The position numbers were made by a program, and so were the translations under genes. DNA of 64,000 bases from the human T2T-CHM13v2.0 reference genome, Homo sapiens. Under the pieces are notes generated by a model. The model made no database searches and was not told where the DNA came from. It was given only the letters and a program-made list of their open reading frames with translations. Where the stretch lies: the NCBI RefSeq assembly GCF_009914755.1, contig NC_060929.1. One strand, written 5' to 3'. Positions 1-12,670 of this stretch are shown here, in pieces (positions within the stretch are counted from its first letter, which is position 1; each line of letters starts with the position of its first letter).

Positions 1-2178
<2,178 letters not shown>

Positions 2179-2241
2179 TATGAGTTTAACTGGTTATTTT
2201 GTTCGTTAGTTCATGCAGTTTCTTCCTAGTCTTGATGGTCT

Positions 2242-3259
2242 TTACATTTTGGCATGATTTTGCAGTGGCTGGTACCAGTTGTTCCTTTCCATGTTTAGCG
2301 CTTCCTTCAGGAGCTATTTTAGGGCAGGCCTGGTGGTGACAAAATCTCTCAGCATCTGCTTGTCTGTAAAGTATGTTATTTCTCCTTCACTTATGAAGCT
2401 TAGTTTGGCTGGATATGAAATTCAGGTTTGAAAGTTCTTTTCTTTAATAATGTTGAATATTGGTCCCCACTCTCTTCTGGCTTGTAGAGTTTCTGCCAAG
2501 AGATCTGCTGATAGTCTGATGGGCATCCCTTTGTGGGTAACCCGACCTTTCTCTCTAGCTGCCCTTAACATTTTTTTCCTTCATTTCAACTTTGGTGAAT
2601 CTGACAATTATGTATCTTGGAGTTGCTCTTCTTGAGGAGTATCTTTGTCGCGTTCTCTGTATTTCCTGAATCTGAATGTTGGCCTGCCTTGCTAGATTGG
2701 GGAAGTTCTCCTGGATAATACCCTGCAGAGTGTTTTCCAACTTGGTTCCATCCTCCTCGTCACTTTCAGATACACCAATCAGACGTAGATTTGGTCTTTT
2801 CACATAGTCCCATATTTCTTGGAGGCTTTGTTCATTTCTTTTTATTCTTTTTTCTGTAAACTTCCCTTCTCATTTCATTTCATTCACTTCATCTTCCATC
2901 GCTGTTACCCTTTCTTCCAGTTGATTGCATCAGCTCCTGAGGCTTCTGCATTCTTCACGTAGTTCTCGAGCCTTGGTTTTCAGCTCCATCAGCTCCTTTA
3001 AGTACTTCTCTGTATTGGTTATTCTAGTTATACATTGTTCTAAATTTTTTTCAAAGTTTCCAACTTCTTTGCCTTTGGTTTGAGTTTCCTCCCGTAGCTC
3101 AGAGTAATTTGGTTGTCTGAAGCCTTCTTCTCTCAGGTCGTCGAAATCATTCTCTGTCCAGCTTTGTTCCATTGCTGGTGAGGAACTGTGTTCCTTTGGA
3201 GGAGGAGAGGCACTCTGCTCTTTAGAGTTTCCAGTTTTTCTACTCTGTTTTTTCCCCAT
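2242..3259 (-). pseudogene. L1 ORF1 (RNA-binding chaperone), disrupted
   Basis: ORF fragments 2930..3259 and 2555..2803 match L1 ORF1p but are separated by stops and frameshifts. Confidence 0.93.
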
Positions 3260-4244
3260 CTTTGTGGCTTTATCTACTTTTGGTCTTTGATGATGGTGAT
3301 GTACAGATGGGTTTTTGGTGTGGATGTCCTTTCTGTTTGTTAGTTTTCCTTCTAACAGACAGGACCCTCAGCTGCAGGTCTGTTGGAGTACCCGGCCGTG
3401 TGAGATGTCAGTCTGCCCCTGCTGGGGGGTGCCTCCCAGTTAGGCTGCTCAGGGGTCAGGGGTCAGGGACCCACTTGAGGAGTCAGTCTGCCCATTGTCA
3501 GATCTCCAGCTGCATGCTGGGAGAACCACTGCTCTCTTCAAAGCTGTCAGACAGGGACATTTCAGTCTGCAGAGGTTACTGCTGTCTTTTTGTTTGTCTG
3601 TGCCCTACCCCCAGAGGTGGAGCCTACAGAGGCTGGCAGGCCTCCTTGAGTTGTGGTGGGCTCCACCCCGTTCGAGCTTCCTGGCTGCTTTGTTTACCTA
3701 AGCAAGCCTGGGCAATGGCGGGTGCCCCTCCCCCAGCTCACTGCTGCCTTGCAGTTTGATCTCAGACTGCTGTGCTAGCAATCAGTGAGACTCCGTGGGC
3801 ATAGGACCCTCCCAGCCATGTGTGGGATATAATCTCCTGGTGCGGCACTTTTTAAGCCCGTCTGAAAAGCGCAGTATTCGGGTGGGAGTGACCCGATTTT
3901 CCAGGTGCCATCTGTCACCCCTTTCTTTGACTAGGAAAGGGAACTCCCTGACCCCTTGTGCTTCCCAAGTGAGGCAATGCCTCACCCTGCTTCAGCTGGT
4001 GCACGGTGCACACACCCACTGACCTGTGCCCACTGTCTGGCACTCCCTAATGAGATGAACCCAGTACCTCAGATGGAAATGCAGAAATCACCCATCTTCT
4101 GCATTGCTCACACTGGGAGCTGTAGACTGGAGCTCTTCCTATTCAGCCATCTTGGCTCAGGAATCCTGCCCAGAGATCTCCTTTTTATCATAGTTCATGT
4201 TGGATTGTAACAGCATGCCCAGCTTAGTATTTTCCTTCAAAATT

Positions 4245-4706
4245 TTTGGCATAGGAACCATCAGCATAGAGCAACAGTTCTGGATTGGTGTATAGAATTT
4301 CTTGTAAATCCAATCTCGGAGTCAAATTTTGGGAAATCAGTTTAACACAATTATAAGTCTCTCTTTTGTTGGGTAAAGGTAAGATGGTAGCAGAGTTTAA
4401 AGAAAGAATTGCAGCAAAGTATATGCAGATTTGAAGGTGATAGGAGCAGAATCACATAAAATGTTATCCTGCTGTCTGAGAAATGCTGGGTACATTCAGG
4501 ATTTAGCAAGATTTCTACAGCATGTGAAAGGTGTAGGCATAAGTTATTGCTTTGAACAAGTTCTGAGAAAGATTGTATTATTTGGCACCTGCAACTACTG
4601 CCTTTAAACAATTTGGATACGCTGTAGCAACCAGACATAACTGTACACTATACTAGTCTATGGGCCTATTTTGTCCTACAAGTTTTTGAGTGAGGACCCC
4701 TAGAGT
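4245..4706 (-). pseudogene. ERV pol remnant: RT connection/tether and start of RNase H
   Basis: Hand translation, with frameshifts, gives TLGVLTQKLVGQNRPID*YSVQLCLVATAYPNCLKAVVA, HAVEILLNPECTQHFSDSRITFYVILLL, NSATILPL and PRLDLQEILYTNPELLLYADGSY. These parallel the MLV-type motifs GVLTQKL, GWPPCLR, HAVEAL, NPATLLP and YTDGSS. Confidence 0.85.
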
Positions 4707-5433
4707 CTGATTGTTTCATTCATGAATAAACAATGTGAATGGTTTAGAATAATTGGAGAGTCATAACACAGGAGGATTTTGCAAAACCTGTTTTAGTTCA
4801 GTAAGGGCCTCCTACTATTTTGCTTTCCAAAGAAAAGGGTTCTGATTGCTATTTTTAGTTAGTTCATGGAGTGGAGAGGCCAGTGTTGTGACCTGGTCTA
4901 TCATGAAAGTCTGAGGAATCCTCTGAGTTGCTTTTTAGTCACAGGTCTAGAATAATTTTGAATAGCATTTATTTTTTCTGGAGACAGAAAGATTATTTTT
5001 GCAGAGAAGTCATGACCTAGATAATGCGCCACTTCTTGTGAGAATTGAAGCTTATCTCAAGAGGTCTTATGGCCCTTATAAGCTGGTTGTTATAATACAT
5101 ATATTTGGTCAATTTGTACGTCCTCTTTAGATGAAGAACAAAGAAGCAAATTACGTACATATTGAATCAAGGTGGAATGTCTGGGAAACTGCAATGTTCA
5201 AATCTTGATATAAAATTTGTGAGAAATATGAAGGAGCCTTTAATTCTTAAGGTGTTACTGTCAAAGTACATTGTTGATTTTTTCAAGTGAAAACAAACAA
5301 ATATTAACACTCTTTTTGTCTACTGGAATGCTAAAATATATATACAAAATATAAGTCTACTACAGTGAACCACTCAGATTCAGTTGATTCCTTTGACAAC
5401 AAAGTGTTTGGATTTGGTATCACTGGGAATCTT

Positions 5434-5754
<321 letters not shown>

Positions 5755-5969
5755 GGGAATCTTGATACATAATTTTATTTGTAGCTCTAAGGCCCTGTAC
5801 AAATCTCCATCCCTGTCCATGGGTTTTCTTGACAGGTAAGATAAGAAGGTCACAAGGACTAGTATACAAAATAATTACTCCTTGATTTTTTGGGTCCTCT
5901 ACTCTTAAAGTGAGTCCCTGGATTGCTTCAGTTTTCAGAGGGTATCAGGGTAACTTACAAAGCAGTTTA

Positions 5970-6276
5970 GGCCAGGTGCGGCGGCTCACACCTGTAATCC
6001 CAGCACTTTGGGAGGCCAAGGTGGGAAGATCACCTGAGGTCAGGAGTTTGAGACCAGCCTGGCCAACATGGTGAAACCTCATCTCTACTGAAAGTACAAA
6101 AATTAGCTGGGCATGGTGGCACATACCTGTAATCCCAGCTACCCAGGAGGCTGAGGCAGGAAAATCACTTGAACTCGGGAGGCGAGGTTGCAGTGAGCCG
6201 AGATCACACCACTGCACTCTAGCCTGGGCAACAGAGTGAGACTTCGTCTCAAAAAACAAAAAATGAAAAAGAAAAT
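5970..6276 (+). mobile_element. AluS (Sx/Sz-like) SINE
   Basis: Full dimer with A-tail. TSD AAAGCA(G/A)TTTA at 5959-5969 and 6277-6287. Confidence 0.96.
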
Positions 6277-6897
6277 AAAGCAATTTAAAAAGGTCAATCA
6301 CAATTTCAATGGATCTGATGTGTTTGATCTTTCCCACATCTGTAGAGTAGAAGCCCATAGAGTATCAGGAATTTCAGAAAGATGTATATCTATACATTTA
6401 TGGAACTTAATAGTTTCCTTAGGATAGTCAATTTGGACTTGGAGAACCCACAATGTTTTATTGTCTGATAAATCTTAGATTTCTAGGGTCATTTCTCCAG
6501 AGGATAATTTTATTAAGATTCCTATTTAGGAAAACAGATCTTTATCTAGGAGCTTCAGAGGAGCAATATCACATAAAAGGAAGGCATGATTCTCAGAAAA
6601 AGGGCCAAAGGTGACAGTTGAGAATTCTGTTAAAGGAACACTTTGAACTTGATTTGAAACTCCTGCCATTGAGATAACTTTTATTATCCTGAGAAAGTTC
6701 CTGATATATCATGGTGGATTCCAAAGTAGAAAGAGTTGTTCTGGTGTCACAGTACAAATTTCTTCATTTATGTTTGGTTTCTTCTCATTGATTTAAAGTA
6801 ATTATTGGAAGTAGCTTACTGGGCAATTCCTTGGAACCCTATCAACATTAAGAGTTGTTAAAAGGATGTGGGGGTTGTTCCAATTTCCCCTTATTTA

Positions 6898-8110
6898 GCT
6901 ATGGGCAGTCTTTTTGCCAATGCCCCTTCTGCTTCCAGTAACCCTAAGCATCTTTATCAATGGAGGCAAAATTGGGAATAAGATTTTTTAAAGATAGACC
7001 AAATTCCCTGCAACTGTTGTAATTGTAGAGTCATTGGTTTGCTTACCTGATGGCTTCTTTTTTTAATCTAATATCCCTTCAACATGCTCTACTAGATGTT
7101 GCAGTTCTGTGAGAACTACCCCTCATTTTAGTTTAGATTTCTTCAGTAAGTCACTTATTTCTGTATGCAATCCAGGAACAAAATGGGCTGTTTTAGCCAC
7201 TTTATCATCCTGGCCTTTAAAGACAGCATTATGTGAAAACTGTCTACAGATGGGCATGATAGTCTGCAACAGATTCATTTGTTTATAATGTTAGATTATG
7301 GTCCAGCCTATTCTCATTGGAAGTGCTTCAGGAATAGTGTCTAATAGTTGTTGGCCCATTTTCCTGTCCATCTGCATTTCTTATTTAAAAGCATGCTTAG
7401 CAGGATCCTCAGTATATCCAGATGGATTATCCCAATGGGGTTTGGTTTTTCTAGCCATTTTCAGTTACCTCCTGTGCATACTATCACATTGACAAATTGG
7501 TACAAATTAAAAGCATGGATTATAGACCCCCTAAAAAAATTTTAAATTCTTCTGTAAATTTGGTTGTATTTTTTTAATATCACAAAATCTTTTATAATGG
7601 CTCAGAGTTCTGTGTAAGGCCAAGGTTTAAATTCAGCTCTAACAGGTACTCCTGGCTCATTTGAGTGTCTAATTTTTTAAAGGAAGCTAGTGTGGAGAGG
7701 TTTAGGTGGAAAAGCCAAAACATTAAAGGGGTTAGTAGGTTCAGAAAAATCAATTACTGGAGGATAAAATGAAGCAGAGGGATTCACAGAAGGGTCTATA
7801 GAGTCAGGCTGAGTTTTAGCTTTTAAATTATTATTTGCACACCAGTAGAGATTATTTTGGAGAGGTTATTGTGAGTCATTCTGTCTATTAAAAGCCTCTG
7901 CCTACCAGTCCAAGACTGCATTCCATTGTCTTTGAGAGGTTCTGGGTCATTTCTTTTCAAGAGTGCTTTCAGAATGAACTATTTTATCTAAGTTGAAGGT
8001 TACCCAAAGCAGCCACTGCAGCCTCACATTGTCCTTTATAAAGATCACCAATTTTTCACACACACAAAAAAAGACACAAGATCGTGATCCATAGCTGTTA
8101 TAAATATAGG
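6898..8110 (-). pseudogene. ERV gag remnant (MA-like, CA-like, degenerate CCHC zinc knuckle)
   Basis: The minus strand reads LQWLLWVTFNLDKIVH (~7970-8025), AEFKPWPYTEL*AIIKDF (~7585-7637) and DKDA*GYWKQKGHWQKDCP (~6900-6958), a decayed Cx2Cx4Hx4C motif. Confidence 0.75.
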
Positions 8111-8519
8111 AAGCAGGGGGTTCAGACATATGTAGGGAAGGGATTATGGACCAGGTGGAAAGTATCTTTGCCTTGGATTTCCTCAAATGAATGTATCTAT
8201 AGGGAATCTTGTACTTGTACTGCTGTCCAGAAACCCAATGGAATGGCAGGTTGTCTCCTGTTACAGACACAGGGAATAATGGGTTTTATCCTCTTGCAAA
8301 TGTAAGGATGACTTATCAAGAAGCTTTCACACAGCACAGGTATGCACAACAAAGTTGAAGAGCTTGAAATGCAGAGAGTACATCTTGGATCTGAGAGTAC
8401 CCTTGAGCTCCGTGTTCAGCAAGAAAGCAGTGAGCACCATGGGCTCTGTGGTACCGGCATCAGGTTACTCACCTGTCTTGGAGCTTATCAACAATCTACT
8501 TATCAAGGATCTAGTTTAC

Positions 8520-8537
8520 ATCTCATATTTGACACCA
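8520..8537 (-). promoter_or_regulatory. Degenerate primer-binding site (tRNA-Leu-like)
   Basis: Minus-strand TGGTGTCAAATATGAGAT lies a few bases inside the LTR end and matches TGGTGTCAGAAGTGGGAT at 14 of 18 positions. Confidence 0.6.
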
Positions 8538-8542
8538 GAAAC

Positions 8543-8951
8543 TGTTAAAAATAAAATCAGATCAAGTAAAACAGGAATATAGGAGTTTATTGTGCCTACC
8601 AAAGAACATTTCAAAAACCAGGAGATTTCAAACTGAACGTGTTAAGAAGCTCATCTCACAAGTGTTACAGCACAGCTTATAAAGCATCAGTGAGAGAGAC
8701 ATTGAACTCTATTGTAAGTGGCTACTATAAATTTGTATCCCTTTTAGAGCACATAGAGCTGTAGAAGCTTATTTTTCTGTAGCTGATTGACTCAAATTTA
8801 TCATACTGACATGGAAGAAAGGCTTATGGTTTGTTTATGGTTAGAACTTGCATTTCAGAGAGATCAACATAGCTTACATTTTGTTATGGCTATGGTTGGT
8901 TGTTCTGAGAGTATATCCAAACAGTGGCCTTCATTTTCAATTTTTTTAACA
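8543..8951 (-). mobile_element. ERV1 5' LTR, LTR37-like
   Basis: On the minus strand it starts TGTTAAAA and ends TTTTAACA, with TATAAG and an AATAAA signal. It resembles the recalled LTR37 consensus and abuts the PBS. Confidence 0.8.
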
Positions 8952-8971
8952 TCCCTTAACATCCCTTAACA

Positions 8972-9252
8972 ATGAGATGCCATGCAGAGAGAGAAAGAAA
9001 GAGGCCAAGAGGCCAAGGAGCAGTGAGGTGCCAGATTTGTGAGGGACGCTCCTTGGAGCTTTCAGGCAAGGCAAGCCTCCAGCTGAGTACCACACAGTGA
9101 TCCAGTTGATGCCACTTGAAGCAGAAAAACTGCCCAGCTAAGCTCTGCCCAAACTTCTGGCCCACTTAACTGTGAGGTATAATAAAATTGCTGTTGTTGT
9201 AAGCCACTAAGTTTTGGGGTAGCTTATGTCACCACAATAAATAATCCAAACA
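8972..9252 (+). mobile_element. MLT1 (MaLR) LTR, 3' part
   Basis: Typical MLT1 end: AACTGCCCAGCTAAGC ... AATAAA ... TAAGCCACTAAGTTTTGGGGT ... AACA. Confidence 0.75.
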
Positions 9253-9981
9253 TTCTCCTCTAAACTTAGTTTGTCTATAGGATTAATGTGACAAGTAATA
9301 ACTTACAGCCTTGTGACCTGACCTCCACTGTTGGCTTAAATTTCAATTTAAATATTTTATTGTTATTCAGTTTGTCGTGTGAGTATATCTTCTGTCCCAG
9401 TGAGATTACAATTCTTTTTTATTACCTACAAATAGCCTTATATATAGCATTTGTGGTTAACTCTGCTTTTACTCTTTAAAAATTAGTATAGGAAAAACTC
9501 ACCTTTTTTTAGCCGAAATTTGTGTTGTGTTTGTTTAATGCTACAAACATCTTTATTTGTTTTTCCTTTCGGTATATGAGCCATCATTGAATAAAAGTGA
9601 GTGACAAGGTGCTGGGAAAATGTGGAAATGAGATTGGGAATGTGGATGTAGGTTATGTCTTATTAAAAATAATATTTGATTAAAAATCACTAGAGAAAAA
9701 CATATGTCAGCCACAAGTGGTATATAAAGTAATAAAATAAAGGTGAGAATTTACAAATGATCCATTAGTAGAAAACAAACAATAAAAAAAAAAAACAAAA
9801 ATACAAACACAAGTCCTGGGATGGTATAGCCAAAATTCTGTGATGACCCCCAAGATTACTGATGTATATAATATATATCATATAATATATATCACAACTT
9901 ATATAATTCATTCCCTTTGAGCATAGAAAGGCCTGTGAATATACTGGGGTAGTCACTCCTTGATTAGGTTATATTTGATAA

Positions 9982-11529
9982 TGAGAGGTGACAGCGTGCT
10001 GACAGTCCTCACAGCCCTCGTTCCCTCTCAGTGCCTCCTCTGACTGGGCTCCCACTTTGGTGGCACTTGAGGAGCCCTTCAGCCCACCACTGCACTATGG
10101 GAGCCCCTTTCTGGGCTGACCAAGGCCAGAGCCGGCTCCCTCAGCTTGCAGGGAGGTGTGGAGGGAGAGGCGTGAGCGGGAACCGGGGCTGTGTGCAGCA
10201 CTTGCGGGCCAGCTGGAGTTCCGGGTGGGCGTGGGCTTGGCAGGCCCTGCACTCGGAGCAGCCAGCCGGCCCTGCTGGCCCCGGGCAATGAGGGACTTAG
10301 CACCTGGGTCAGTGGCTGCGGAGGGTGTACTGGGTACCCCAGCAGCGCCAGCCCACTGGTGCTGTGCTCCATTTCTCGCTGGGCCTTAGCTGCCTTCCTG
10401 CGGGGCAAGCCTTGGAACTGCAGCCTGCCATGCCTGAGCCTTCCCCGGCCTCCGTGGGTTCCTGTGCAGCCCGAGCCTCCCGGACCAGCACCGCCCCCTG
10501 CTCCACAGTGCCCAGTCTCATCGACCGCCCAAGGGCTGAGGAGTGCAAGCGCACAGCGCAGGACTGGCCGGCAGCTCCACCTGCAGCCCTGGTGCAGGAT
10601 CCACTAGGTGAAGCCAGCTGGGCTCCTGAGTCTGGTGGGGACATGGAGAGTCTTTATGTCTAGCTCAGGGATTGTAAATACACCAATCAGCACCCTGTGT
10701 TTAGCTCAAGGTTTGTGAGTGCACCAATCCACTCTCTGTATCTAGCTGCTCTGGTGGGGCCTTGGAGAACCTTTATGTCTAGCTCAGGGATTGTAAATAC
10801 ACCAATTGGCACTCTGTATCTAGCTCAAGGTTTGTAAACACACCAATCAGCACCCTGTGTTTAACTCAATGTTTGTGAGTGCACCAATCGACACTCTATA
10901 TCTAGCTGCTCTGGTGGGGCCTTGGAGAACTTGTGTGTCAAAACTCTGTATCTAACTAATCTGATGGGGACGTGGAGAACCTTTGTATCTAGCTCAGGGA
11001 CTGTAAACGCACCAATCAGCACCCTGTCAAAACAGGCCACTCGGCTCTACCAATCAGCAGGATGTGGGTGGGGCCAAATAAGAGAATAAAAGCAGGCTGC
11101 CAGAGCCAGCATTGGCAACCTGCTCGGGTCCGCTTCCACACTGTGGAAGCTTTGTTCGTTCACTCTTTGCAATAAATCTTGCTACTGCTCACTCTTTGGG
11201 TCCACGCTGCTTTTATGAGCTGTAACACTCACCACGAAGATCTGCAGCTTCACTCCGGAACCCAGCAAGACCACGAGACCACCGGGAGGAATGAACAACT
11301 CCAGATGCGCTGTCTTAAGAGCTGTAACACTCACCGTGAAGGTCTGCAGCTTCACTCCTGAGCCAGCAAGACCATGAACCCACCAGAAGGAAGAAACTCA
11401 GAACACATCTGAACATCAGAAGGAACAAACTCCAGACGCACCACCTTAAGAGCTGTAACACTCACCACCAGGGTCCGAGGCTTCATTCTTTAAGTCAGTG
11501 AGACCAAGAACCCACCAATTCCAGACACA
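9982..11529 (+). mobile_element. Solo LTR12C-like (ERV9) LTR
   Basis: Starts TGAGAGGTGACAGCGTGCTG and ends CCAATTCCAGACACA, with a GC-rich U3 and a tandem CCAAT array. 4-bp TSD ATAA at 9978-9981 and 11530-11533. Confidence 0.95.
10655..11120 (+). promoter_or_regulatory. LTR12 enhancer repeat array and core promoter
   Basis: About 40-bp tandem subunits; CCAAT at 10683, 10724, 10802, 10843, 10884, 11012 and 11050; TATA-like AATAAAA at 11085-11091. Confidence 0.8.
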
Positions 11530-11994
11530 ATAAGACTCCATTTTAGCCAACTGGATGGAGAAATTCCTAGTGAGAGAGAGGCCCCCATGCTTGTCTGGAA
11601 GCAGTAAATAGCCACATTGTGAAATGCCTATGAAAAGGGGTAACCTTCAAAAGCTGAGCACCTTAGTCCTACAACCCCAAGGAATTGAATTCTGCCAACA
11701 ACTAATGAACTTAGAAGAGGCCCCCAAAGTCTCAGATGGGATCACAGCCTGAGCTAACACCTTGATTGCAGTCTGTTGAGACTCGAGCATAACACCCAGT
11801 AACTGTGCCTGAACTCTTTACTCATAAAATCTGTCAGATCATAAATTTCTGTTGTCTTAAGCCACTAAGTTAGTGATAATTTGTTGCACAGCAATAGAAA
11901 ACTAATAGAGTGTGATTCTACTTACACTTAAAAAAAAAAAACTAAAAAATGGTTCTATACCCGAACAATGTCAAGAATGAGTGTGGAAGGAAAA

Positions 11995-12153
11995 GAAGAA
12001 ACCAGGTTCCTTGATGACATTATTGAACTGAGCTGCCAGCCCTGAGATGCTTACTTCCAGACCTTCTGTAAAACAATAATAATAATAATACCAGTAACTG
12101 TTAGTTACAGCACTGTTATTTGGATTTTTGAATAAAGGACAACTGAATGCATT
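11995..12153 (+). mobile_element. Old MLT1 (J/K-like) LTR 3' fragment
   Basis: GGTTCCTTGATGACATTATTGAACTG...CTTACTTCCAGAC resembles an old MaLR LTR end. Confidence 0.45.
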
Positions 12154-12399
12154 GCTATTTGCTCTAGGACTTTCTGTGGCCTGCCTTAATTTAAATAAGT
12201 ATAAAGCCTCATGCTTCGCCTTAGAATTGCCATTTGAAGTCCCCACACAGAATTTTATTTCTACTTTCTAGCTTTAGGATGGCTCATCCCTGCTATAAGG
12301 ATGATATCCAGTATCTAAGATCTTTCATTATGTGGGCCTTAAATAACTCTTTAACTTACCTTTCGACATCTTCCCGCACCAAAACTCGAATTATCAAGA

Positions 12400-12670
12400 G
12401 ATACTTGAAGTTCCTCCAAAGTTGGCTGTCCTATGTACCTCATTGATTTTACCTCTGATTATTTCATTTTTCATCTTCTTTTTACATGTTTAATGTAGCT
12501 TTGCCTAAAGCTCTGATGAGTAGTTCTCGGTTCAATTCCTATGCACCCTTCCCTTTGGAAAGCTTTTCTGGTTGTCCTTCTTCAAGAGCTTCTTCTCCGG
12601 CTTCCCCAGCATCTTGCATACATCCTTATCCCAACTCTTAACCCATTATGCTGTAATCATTTTTATCTCT
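12400..12670 (+). mobile_element. LINE-2 fragment
   Basis: CCCCAGCATCTTGCATACATCC...CCATTATGCTGTAATCATTT resembles the L2 3' region. The left boundary is approximate. Confidence 0.4.

Larger units (their letters stand above)
9820..11909 (+). mobile_element. MLT1E-like MaLR LTR split by the LTR12C insertion (pieces ~9820-9981 and 11530-11909)
   Basis: 5' part: CCCCCAAGATT...CCTGTGAATAT...TGATTAGGTTA. 3' part: AAGGAATTGAATTCTGCCAACAAC...TAAGCCACTAAG...GCAATAGAAAACTAATA. Confidence 0.75.

Noticed and set aside
10031-10663. Overlapping GC-rich ORFs on both strands
   Set aside because: All lie within the stop-poor GC-rich U3 of LTR12C and have no recognisable domains.
10655-11060. Regular ~40-bp repeats resembling a CRISPR-like array
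   Set aside because: These are degenerate tandem subunits with no unique spacers, and they are the known LTR12 U3 enhancer array in primate DNA.
12094-12108. Small hairpin GTAACT-GTT-AGTTAC
   Set aside because: A 6-bp stem within an old LTR fragment is expected by chance.
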